DNA of 63,627 nucleotides, the filler included, from Octopus bimaculoides (lineage: Eukaryota), in assembly GCF_001194135.2 (NCBI RefSeq). It is 4 parts of 4 records of this genome, joined end to end, with 100 filler letters (N's around TTAATTAATTAA, not from the genome) between each part and the next. Parts side by side here need not be neighbours in the genome. Positions count along the whole stretch, not along the records: positions 45,773 to 63,627 come from NC_068993.1; 3 more parts are not named here. The stretch is one strand, 5' to 3'. How positions within the stretch are numbered: the first letter of the stretch is position 1; each line of letters starts with the position of its first letter. The position numbers were made by a program, and so were the translations under genes. The notes below the pieces were generated by a model. The model ran no database searches, was not told the origin of the DNA, and saw nothing but the letters and a program-made list of their open reading frames with translations. Positions 52,958 to 63,627 of this stretch are shown in pieces.

Positions 52958-54195
52958 NNNNNNNNNNNNNNNNNNNNNNNNNNNNNNATATATATATAAT
53001 ACTCATTCGTATTCAATATTTTTACTTCTTTTTTGTACAGTCAAGCATATGTGTGTGTGTGTGTCTGTAAATACATTAAATACATACATATGCATGTATA
53101 TACATACATAAATACATACATACATACATACATACATACATGTACACATATTGGATTGAACGCAGAGAGCTCTAAGCATATTATTATCTAAATTAATTCG
53201 TGTAAGCAGCGGCACCAATAGCAAGATAAAGTTGACAACGCTTTCATTGTCCTCCGGAACTCTGTTCAACGCCTACACTAACGAAAACCTTCCAGCTACC
53301 AACCGATATCTTATGATTTACTGGTCATCAGCTTAATGGACGGACCTTTGTGATTCGGATAGGATTACACTTAATTATCACTATCGATTCATGAACCCTA
53401 AAACTGTTTCTGATATACCTAATTTCTTTCTATGATGTGCTGCTTCTTGTGGTTATATAATCAAAGACGTTTACTCCATAACTGCTTGTTTTCCGGTTCA
53501 CTCCTACTGCACGTCAACTTGCGAAACTCTGTTCTGCTGTAATCTTTGGACTGTGAAAGCACTGCAAACGAAATTTGATAAACGAAAACGATATGGAAGC
53601 ACTTCTGAGAGATTATTCGTGCACTAAGGTGGTACACTTACTCCGCTACCCGATTTAGCACTACTGCCTGGTTCTTGGATACCTTTAGAGGAGTACATTT
53701 CTTTTGTATACATTCGGATCATGTTTTAGATTTGAAGCTAACTTCTTTTTTCCCACCAATTTCTGATGTCTTGGAAACTGCTGTGTGGCCATCTTTCTTT
53801 CTTTGAATAATTCATTAAAACATTTTTAAATGATCAATCTGCATAAGTGAACAGCTCCGTGGTGGCTTCATATAGAACGCGTTGCTTCCATCATATTGAC
53901 TTTATACTTGACAACTGGTAAGAATGAACGTCGTCTGTCTGCAAAGACAAGGACAAATCTTGCTTTGATGATTGATGATACATTTTATGTGTCTAAAATA
54001 CTTGATACGATGTCGTAGAGATGTTGCCAGTAGATTCGAGGACATTATAGTCACTACATTTCATGTATAGATACATACAGACACAGATATTTTGACACAA
54101 CATATATGCACATATGTCTATTTTGTATGTGTGTTTGAGTGTATGTGTGTGTTTGTGTTTGTGTATATATACATACATACAAACACATAAGTATG

Positions 54196-54227
<32 letters not shown>

Positions 54228-57200
54228 CGGTGTGTGTGTGTATAAATGCATATATCTGTGTATGCACATACACACACACACATAGAGAGACAGAGGGAGG
54301 GTGCGAGCTAAAGGGAAATTATAAGCATTCAAATATATATGAATATATGTAGATACACTTATAAGTGTGTGCATATATGTGTGTGTTTGTATGTATATAT
54401 ACATACATATATATATATATATANNNNNNNNNNNNNNNNNNNNNNNNNNNNNNNNNNNNNNNNNNNNNNNNNNNNNNNNNNNNNNNNNNNNNNNNNNNNN
54501 NNNNNNNNNNNNNNNNNNNNNNNNNNNNNNNNNNNNNNNNNNNNNNNNNNNNNNNNNNNNNNNNNCACACATTATGCATACACTATATACACATGCGTGT
54601 GTGCGCGCAGCATGTGTATCTGTGTCTTGTGTCTGTTCTAGAATGCCAAACTGTTTCTCTAATAGATTATTATTACGTTAAGCCAAGAACTAGTGAAACA
54701 TTCAGACAAATTAGAACGGACTTCAGTTACAAAACACATATCAGTGTCATACAAAAGCAGACGTAAAGGCCGCCATTGAATAGAATTTTCTTGTTTTCAG
54801 ATTTCCGACATTTTGCTCAAGACAATAAATTAATGTTGTAAGACGAGAAACGCACAGGAAATACAAGAAGAATGAAATTTTCAATGAGTGAATCGTGAGC
54901 AAAATAATGGAAACAAACTGTTTCTGTGAAGCATAATTAAGAACGTCTTAACAAGATGGCAGTGGTTGACACGGTAGCGTGTCGAACAAATGTTTTGTAG
55001 TATTTAGTTACATAAACAACAACTCGATAAATTTAATCAGGAGAAAAAGGCTGAAGTCTATTCTGGCAGAAAGTGGACAAGCAAATATTTAATTAGTTTC
55101 AAATCTCTGAATTGTTAGTTCGAATCTCAGCAAAATCGACTTCTCCATTCATTTCCCCCAGAATCGATAGAATAAATCGCAGGCATATATTTAGTTTCTA
55201 TCGTCTACAGGTCACCCGTTTCACTTTTTTAAAATGTACGATAGTGCAGGAATGAATTTATTTATTATTATTTTTTTAAATTATAAACGATTGTATTGTA
55301 ATAAATTATTACAAATTATTAATTATCGAGAACAGAACTAATTGATTTAGAGAAAAATTAAAGTGAAATTCTTTAATGAGTATAATTTTACATGTACGAA
55401 ACTATGGCTTCACAAACTGATGTCATATAATGATGATTTTGTATAATACATGATGAAACATAGATCTTACTGTAAGCGATAATTGAAGAGACAGTTACGC
55501 AGACCACGATTCCACATACCGAATGATTTTACATGGAATTTAATTAATAGTTGATTGTAATTATAATAATGAAATATAATTCGTTCCAACAAATGTCTTC
55601 TCGTTCGTAAACACGAAATCTGTTGTCAAAGCTGACTAGCGTTGGAGTCTTTATATAGTCATTTTATCCGTTAGAAATAGCAGTCAAATTACCCTCATAT
55701 AGCAAACATTACTGCTTTAAATTAGGAAGAAAATTACTGGATAATATTACTTACTGGATAATATAACCCTAACCCAAATTATTCATAAAAATGTTGAGTG
55801 GTTATAACTAGATTATCTTTCGCCAACGGTCTATTCTGTCAGAGTTAATCTGGGCTAAGTATCCTCTGGGAAGAGGTGATCCATATTAGTCTGGCCACTA
55901 CACTTTGGCCTGTCCAGCATGGGAAGTCCTAGTAGGATCTCTGCTGGTGTAGCTCTCTGGATCATTGAGGCATGCAAGTCATCACACTGCAACGGGGACT
56001 GGACTTAGTGATGGGGACAGTCAATAAGAAGAACCTTCTCCAACACTTGCAATCTCACTCTTTCATTGCATCTTTCACAAAGTTAGATCTAATGGAGAAA
56101 CACTTCTATGAAAATCCCCATAGAGCTTTCGCCCTTGAGAAATTTGGAGGAAGTAGAAATTTGGTTTTGACTTCAGCAAAGATTTGATAATTTCTGACAC
56201 ACGAAACCACTGGTAAAACTATTCGTCTGTCGGATCATTTTGTCTCTTATCTCTTGAATATGTGGCTTTGTGTTAGATTTCCCTGCTTCGGTATATATTG
56301 ATGGAGCTCTCTACGTGACCAGGCCTCTATTAAATCTGAAATGCTCCACGGTCTGTTTTAATTGTATCGTCTTCCTTTGGATACAGTAAATGGGGCTTGA
56401 TTGTGTGAATTAGCATCACCGTCCAAATATGTATAGTAGCTGTACTCTAGCATGTATCTCTTTCTTTTTCTTGTTCTTGTTGTCACTTTTTAGCCTAAGA
56501 CGAACCCTGAACGGACACATCTCGTGCCACTCCGATGCCTTGTGCGTTGGGGAAAAGATGGAGACGTAGATGAATGGGAAACTGTTGGGGAACAGTAGGG
56601 AACGAAAGAGGAGCCCCCCCCCCCAAAAAAAAATACGCAAATGGCAAACAATAGGCTTGAAGTCTCTCTCGAAGATCTCATCTCCACAGTATTTATGAAC
56701 TTTACGGTTACCCAAATATCTGGTTGCAGTATAATTAATCCATTACTGTTCCTAAAAGAGCATGAATTAAATACTATTCTAATTGAGGTAGAGATGTAAC
56801 AGGAGCAGCAGCATTGTCGTCGTCGTCGTCGTCATCTTCACAATCTGCTCGCCCATCATCTTATTCTCATTTTCCTTTCTTCTCAATTTTTTCTTCATTA
56901 TCTGAAGTTTTTCACATCTTTCATCTGTCATCATTTAGATTTTTTTTTTTTCAAATAAGCTGAAGAAATAAGCGAAGCGATGAGGAAACTTGAAAAAAAA
57001 AGCGTTACGTTTTGTTCCACTTTCCTCTTCTTTTTTTTCCTTTTTTCCTCTTCTTTTTCTCCTTCTACTACCACTATTACTATTATTTCTACTTCATCCT
57101 CCTCCTCTCTTTCATCTTCACCTTCATTTCATCATCATTATCATCATCGTCATCATCGTCATCATCATCCTCATCGTCAACAACATCATTACCATCATCA

Positions 57201-58638
57201 ACATCATCATAATCCTCATCACCATCGTCGTCGTTATCATCGTCATAAATGTTTGTTTGTTTGCTTTTTTTGCTTTTGTTTTATTTTTTTTCTTCTCCAT
57301 CTTTGTTTTTACTCTTTTTTTTTTCTTCTTCGTATTCCTTCGTATTGCAAAGAGACAGGAAATGAGATCTTGTAATGTTCGTGCTCTTCTTGTTGTTGTT
57401 ATTGTTATTGTTGTTGTTGTTGTTGCATTGCTACTGTTGTATATCAATCATTGTTGTTGTTGTTGTTGTTGTTATTATTCTTGTTAATGGTATTACTGTT
57501 AACTGTATCGATAACCTCTCGGCACAGAAAGCCAGAGATTAACAGAATACAGTGGAAGTAGAACAGAGTGCGTTTCTGTGACGCTCATGCCTTCTTTCTC
57601 TCCCTCTCTCTCTCTCTCATTCTCTCTTTCTCCCTTTCTCTCCTTTCCCTCTCACTCTCTCTCTCTCTCTCTCTCTCGCTCTCTCTCTCATCTTCACTCT
57701 TTCTCACACTTACCTACACAGATTATCTTTCTCGCACATACACACGCTCTCTCCTTCCGTCACACGCTTACACTCACACACTCTCTTTCTCTATCTCTCT
57801 CACACACACGCGCTCCCTCACACACACTCTCTCTCACTCACACGCACACGCACATACTCTCGCACGCACGCACAGTCTCACTCTCTCTCACACACATACA
57901 CATATACAGACACCGTCCCACACTCTCTAACTCCTACACCTTCTCACACACAAACTTCACTCTCTCTGTCTTTGAATCAGTCTCTCTCCCTCTCTCTCTC
58001 TCCCTCCCCCTCTCTCTCTCTCTCTCTCTGCCTCACCCTTTCTCTCCTGTTGTTTCTCTTTGTGAATATCTACAGCATCTTGTCTACAAACGACATCAGC
58101 AGGTCACAGTGATCGTTGCGTAGAAACTGGATTCTTACTCGCACCGATTGTTTTGTTGCTGCTGCTGCCACGGTTGTTGTTGTTGGTGGTGGTGGTCGTG
58201 GTGGTGGTGGTAGTGCTGCTGCTGCTGCTGCTGCCAGTGATGGTGGTGGTTGTGGTGATGATGGTGATGGCTGTGGTGTTAGCCCCATTTCAGTGTTGTC
58301 CGAGCAGATCCATTATCCAAAACCGTTCCGGCTTTGAACACCTCATCTTCTTTTACAGACACAGTGCATCAAGAATAACATTAGACATTGTTTCTGTTCC
58401 GGAAACAAAATGGTAGTTGTGTGTGATTTGACGAATATTTGGTTGTTATTTCTAGCACATCAGGCGACCACTTTAACACTCCTTCTCCTCTATGTTTTAG
58501 AGGGCGTAGATCAAAAAACGGGTTCGTTGATAATTATTGGCCTCTCCAATAACGACTGGCCCTCTATGTGTTTCATTGTCCTTTTTTCCTTTGGTGTTGT
58601 TGTTGCTGTTGTTTTTTTTTCGTTTTTATTGTTGCTAT

Positions 58639-58812
58639 AGGCGCGGGCATAGCTGTGTGGTTACGATGCTCGCTTTCCAACCACGTATTTACGGATTCAA
58701 TCCCAACGTGCAGCACCTGGGACAAACGCCTTCTATCTATTATTGCCGTGGGCCGTCCAATGCCTTGTGAGTGAATTTTCAAGGCGAAAATTGCATGAAA
58801 ACTCGTCATACA
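58639..58812 (+). mobile_element. SINE family A head, diverged
   Basis: AGGCGCGGGCATAGCTGTGTGG...GCACCTGGGACAAAC...GCCTTGTGAGTGAATTT. Confidence 0.65.
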
Positions 58813-59339
58813 TATGCGGATATGTATGTATGAATTTATATATGTATGTAAGAGAATGATGAATGACAAATCTATGTTGTCGGTTGTTAGTGGTTGCTCG
58901 GCAGGCAGGCTGGTTGGCTGGTCGATTGGCTGGCTGGTTGGTTGGCTCGTTGGCTGGCTAGTTGGCTGGTTGTAGTATGGTAAGAGGTAAATGGTGAATG
59001 ACAGATCTTAGAAGCCATTGAATGTTCTCATTTCATCTCAATACATCCATCCAACACAAGAAATCCAGTTTAATTGAACTGTGACGTAAAAGATAACCTC
59101 GTCCTAAATTCACCTCAACGCCTACAACCATCGCCATCAACCCCAACGCTAAATAATCCTGCTCCTAACACTCCACCCCTATCCACCATTTACAGGCTGA
59201 TACAGTGATTCGCTCGCTAAAACTAGTGGATCTTTAACGCGAGACAACTCACTTAGCTACTGAAAAGAATTAAAGCAATTAATTGTACAAGTGTGCGTGT
59301 TTTAGTTACATGCGTGTGCATGTGGGTATACATACATGT

Positions 59340-59379
<40 letters not shown>

Positions 59380-59381
<2 letters not shown>

Positions 59382-59675
59382 GGGTGTCTACAAGGTCTGG
59401 TACATGGAGTAAATAAAATCATAACATAAACAATTAGATATAAGAAATAATAATTTCTTAAAGTATGTGTTAATCCTCATGTGGGTACATGGAGTAAATA
59501 AAATCGTAACATAAACAATTAAATATAAGAAATTATTATTTCTTAAAGTATGTCTTAATCCCCATGTGGGTACATGGAGTAAATAAAATCATAACATAAA
59601 CAACTAAATATAAGAAATAATAATTTCTTAAAGTATGTGTTAATCCCCATGTACCCAGACTTTGTGGACACCCTG
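59380..59675. mobile_element. Tc1/mariner-like MITE with triplicated 85-bp interior
   Basis: TIRs CAGGGTGTCTACAAGGTCTGGTACAT / ATGTACCCAGACTTTGTGGACACCCTG, TA at the right flank, and internal units starting at 59401, 59486 and 59571. Confidence 0.9.
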
Positions 59676-59749
59676 TATATACATTTCAAACAGTGAATGA
59701 ATCACACGGAANNNNNNNNNNGGGGGGGGGGTAATGGGTTTTAATGAAA

Positions 59750-60400
59750 TGAGGTGGAGAATTTAAACCACGAGGGAGTGAAGTATGGAGAGAGAAAATT
59801 AATTCCTGCTCCAGAATGTTCTTGCTGCTTCAGCATCTGGAATATCCTTCTCCTGATGCTCCTCTTCATTGTTCTGTTGTTTATAGAATTTTCTTTCTTG
59901 CTCTTGAAGAGTCTGTTCTGCCTGTACTGACATTTTCTCTCTTAGCATGTTTTGCCTTTTTTTTTTTTTTTTTTTTNNNNNNNNNNATTTTTTTTCTTTC
60001 TCCTTTTTTTTTTTTGCTTATTTTCTTGAGACTGCTTTGATTTTTCTTTTACATTTTTTTTTTTGCCTTAGCTCTTCTTCAGCTACTTGCAGTCTTTTGT
60101 GTCTGAGGTTGTACTTAGCAGTTCGTTCTTGTCTCTTTCCCTCATCCTCTTCCTTTCTATGATTACATATATTCGTCTAAGATCTCTCTTGAGTTGCTGT
60201 TCAATTTGATTCTCAAGTCTTCGTTACTATCATGGAACTTTGTCCTTTGTTTTCGTTTGGCTTTTAACCCCAAGGATTTGTACCGCAACAGAAGTTGTCC
60301 TGTATATAAGGTCATTTGTTATCAGAAATGTAAATAGGAGGCTTAAAAGAAAGAACTTGCAACGAAAACACAATAGTAAACGGAAAACAAACATCAAGAA
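59750..60400 (-). pseudogene. R4/Dong-like LINE ORF remnant
   Basis: Minus strand: ITNDLIYRTTSVAVQILGVK..KVP**RRLENQIEQ..KRDL..KYNLRHKRLQVAEEELRQK..QERKFYKQQNNEEEHQEKDIPDAEAARTFWS. Confidence 0.75.
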
Positions 60401-60699
60401 TAATAAAAAAACACTAAGAAGGAAAAACCAAAGCAAAATAAATTGCAAAATACAGCAATGCCAAGCCCAAAGAAAATCTTCAGAATATTGACCAAAAAAA
60501 CCGATCCAGAACTACAAATAAAATGATTAATAAAAAAGAATATTGGAAACAAAAATTAAGAACAGAGAATTCTAGAGATGGAAAATCTGTAAATGATAAT
60601 AATCAAAAGGTGGAAATGGTTAAATTTAAATCTATAGAAGTTGTTTCTATGAACCGTGGAAAGTATTTCTAAATAATAAAACTTGATAGTAAAATAGCA

Positions 60700-61790
60700 A
60701 CAGTAATTAAAATACACAAAATTGGCCATCACAGTCTTCATAAATATTAATATCACTTGGATAAACTGAATAATGTATGCAGCAGCCATAATAGTTACAG
60801 GGAAAATTGGCCACTCCCTCATATTTATTTATATAGGAATATCAAAACCCAAGCAAGTCATGTGGAATACAAATCATGAAAAGAAAATATTGAAGCTAAA
60901 AGACAATAACTCTCAGCTCTTCGTGAAATCAATTGCGAAACGACATAATCTATGGAAAAGGAGAGATAAATACCGCTGAAATATAATAATGGTAGAAAAA
61001 GAAACTCGAAGTATCCGAAATCAAAGAATGCCTGAAACAAGAGATTTGTTTAAATTACAAAGAATCCGCCGTGTGAAAAGAGATGATTCTTTGAACAAAT
61101 CAGTTTGATTCCAAACAAAAATTATCTTATAAAGAACTAGGTAAAAAGAAAACATAAAATCGATGCGGCACCATCGGTAAAAGAAGTTGAAGAATTCTGG
61201 ACTGAAAAAGAAATATTACGGGTAAAATTGTTCAAAACAGCAAATGCAGCAGCAGAACATTATAGTAGATCAAATCCATTATTCAATCACCAGGACTCTG
61301 GAAGACATCAGAAAATTCAAATCTCAAACTTCTGTTCAAAATATTTAACGAACACGCGTAAATTATTTAAGAAAATTATTTAATAACCTATTCAAAACAG
61401 AAAACAAATTGTTGCTGTCGCTCTGAGGAAACGAAGTATTTTCATCCCCAGTACTTTGAAAACTACAAACCTATAATCTACATTCCTACGATTGGCAAAA
61501 TTTTAATTGCAATATCGTGGTGGGTAAATAAATAGCTAGAAACAAAATAACAAATAGCTGGAAGAAGAAAAGGAATGCAGCAAAGCCTCGGAGCCTGTTG
61601 CAAAGATCAACAACTGATCGACAAAGACAGAACCAAAGGCAAGTGGTCTGAACATGGCACTTATTGATTAGTAGAAGGCTTTTCGTTGTTCCGGAGACGT
61701 GGATCGTGGAAATATACGCCATGGGCGGTGTGACACTAATAATAAGCAGAAACTTCAAATAATCCATGCGTAAATGACTACCAATTATGC
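60700..61790 (+). pseudogene. R4/Dong-like LINE ORF/RT remnant
   Basis: INITWIN*IMYAAAIIVTGKIG; KLQRIRRVKR; IDAAPSVKEVEEFW; NYKPIIYIPTIGKILI; ..CKDQQLIDK.., with many stops and frameshifts. Confidence 0.75.
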
Positions 61791-61872
61791 AGAGAGAATT
61801 ACTAATAGTATCCTTTCTCTATAAGTAAAGTAGTATTCCAAGTAAACTTCTCTTTCTCCCTCTTTATCACTG

Positions 61873-61975
<103 letters not shown>

Positions 61976-61976
61976 A

Positions 61977-62464
61977 TATATATATATAAGGATATTGTTT
62001 ACAATAATATCAAGTGGCATAGCACACATAAAAAATCGTAAAGGTACTACTTTAAGGTAAAAAATTATCAATTAACAATTAAGGGTGCTACAAGTAGCAT
62101 CAGCACGCTAAAAATAGCAGTAAGAAGACGACCACAACCACAGATTTTCACTGATACACATTATTTGAAATCGGGAGAATGAGCAGAAATTCTAAGCCCC
62201 CGTACCAATAACGGAAAGAATCCTAGATTGAAAAGCCAGATATATCCGTATCGTCACGATTTCAAACTTTATGAAAATGTCACTTAGTTGTTCTCGGCGA
62301 GTCTTACTGACCCAAGGGTCATAGAAACTGCCCACCTCAACAATGTGCGTGATGACCGTTAATTATTAATTAATAATTTTTTACCTTATGCTATTACCTT
62401 TCTGGTTTTTTACTTATGTTATGCCACTTGATATTATTGTTTACAATAATATCCTTATATATAT
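61977..62464. mobile_element. MITE-like element with ~110-bp terminal inverted repeats
   Basis: 61977-62085 is the imperfect reverse complement of 62355-62464 (ATATAAGGATATT..CAATAATATCAAGTGGCATA..AAGGTAAAAAATTAT). Both ends lie in TA repeats. Confidence 0.8.
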
Positions 62465-62771
62465 CTTAAAATTTATTATTCACTTGTAAATGCACAGACG
62501 AACGGAAAACAAACACAAAAGGTCACCAACCCCTCATCAGTTTACGAACAGGGTGTCAAACGCAATTTCGTGCCATTATCGATAATATTGCTTCCACTCT
62601 GGACGCATAACCATGAATATATGGAGGCAGGGCACCTTCTGTAACAAGAAAGCAATAGTAGAACATCCACTGTGGGCCTAGAAAAATATCTAATATAAAA
62701 CAAAAGGGAAAATTAATATAAATCACCCCAACATGGCCGCAGTCGAAAGACTGAAACAAATTTTCCTACTC

Positions 62772-62855
<84 letters not shown>

Positions 62856-63495
62856 CTTTTTTCTGTCTTTCTGTGTTTCTGCCTTTTTCTATCTACTACA
62901 GCTATCTCTCTTCTCTTTCTCTCTTTCTGCCTTCTCCCTCTCTCTTTCTCCCTCTCCCTTTCTCCCATTCTACGCTTTACTTATTCTGTTCCCCTCAGTT
63001 TCACACGCTTGTCGATTGTTACTTTAAACAATCAAATATACGAGATGCTTGAATTTAATGCTCAATGCTTATTTCGCCGATGACTACTTAAATTGTTGTA
63101 GAATAACATGCGAGTCGCCTGCTCAGCACTGCAACCACAACAACCGTCACCTACCATCACTACCACCACCACTACTTCTATTAATACTACCACTACTACC
63201 AATTTCTAACGAGGCCTCATATATGGGAGAAAGGTACAGTTCAACACTAAGGCTATCACTACATTTGCCTTTACGCTATAGAATACAAACACTATCATTA
63301 CCACCACCAACAACAACAAAGAACCACCACCATCATCACCACCACCCCACCACTACCACCTCCTCCACCACCACTGTGCTATAACACAAACATCACCACC
63401 ACCACCACTTCCACCGTATAATCCTATGTACAACAACCATCGCCATTAATAAACCTATAAATCTACGAACATTATGTTATGTGTACTACTACCAT

Positions 63496-63558
<63 letters not shown>

Positions 63559-63627
63559 TACTACTGCTGCTGCTACTACTATCGTTATTACACAATCACT
63601 AACAACCCCACCGTTACCGCCACAGAT

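Noticed and set aside
47340-55000. Candidate second exons for the GEX1-like gene (acceptors near 47365, 49921-49935, 50235, 51742, 54800)
   Set aside because: Each hits an early stop in phase 0 or lacks the expected TM segment and tail.
53150-56720. Possible LINE-derived relics at 53150-54000 and 55860-56720
   Set aside because: They look TE-like but are too degenerate to assign motifs confidently by eye.
59401-59652. CRISPR-like or regularly spaced repeats
   Set aside because: The units are contiguous tandem copies with no unique spacers, there are no cas genes, and the context is a eukaryotic MITE.

Overview
AT-rich, repeat-dense eukaryotic DNA with roughly 8 kb (about 13%) of N gaps. The SINE families and microsatellite load point to an octopod cephalopod (inference from recognised repeat sequences, not a database hit). 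Almost all ORF-track entries are translations of microsatellites or run through N gaps. One coding region is convincing: 44438..45334 (+), a signal peptide + 6-Cys domain + coiled-coil + two-TM protein of the GEX1/KAR5/Brambleberry nuclear-envelope fusion family. It ends on a GTAAGT splice donor, and no downstream exon could be found. The rest is transposon debris: tRNA-derived SINEs, RTE and R4/Dong-like LINE remnants, hAT and Tc1-like MITEs, an hAT transposase relic and Helitron ends. The least explained signal is a set of small type-I hammerhead ribozyme motifs. One has a fully canonical core (4099..4162, -), two are near-canonical (20529..20565, -; 49658..49697, +), and a degenerate tandem pair lies at 15282..15386 (-). 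Three of these four loci are bracketed by 29-82 bp direct repeats, as expected for Penelope-like or non-LTR retrozyme units. Three 100-bp N44-TTAATTAATTAA-N44 spacers are artificial scaffold joins.
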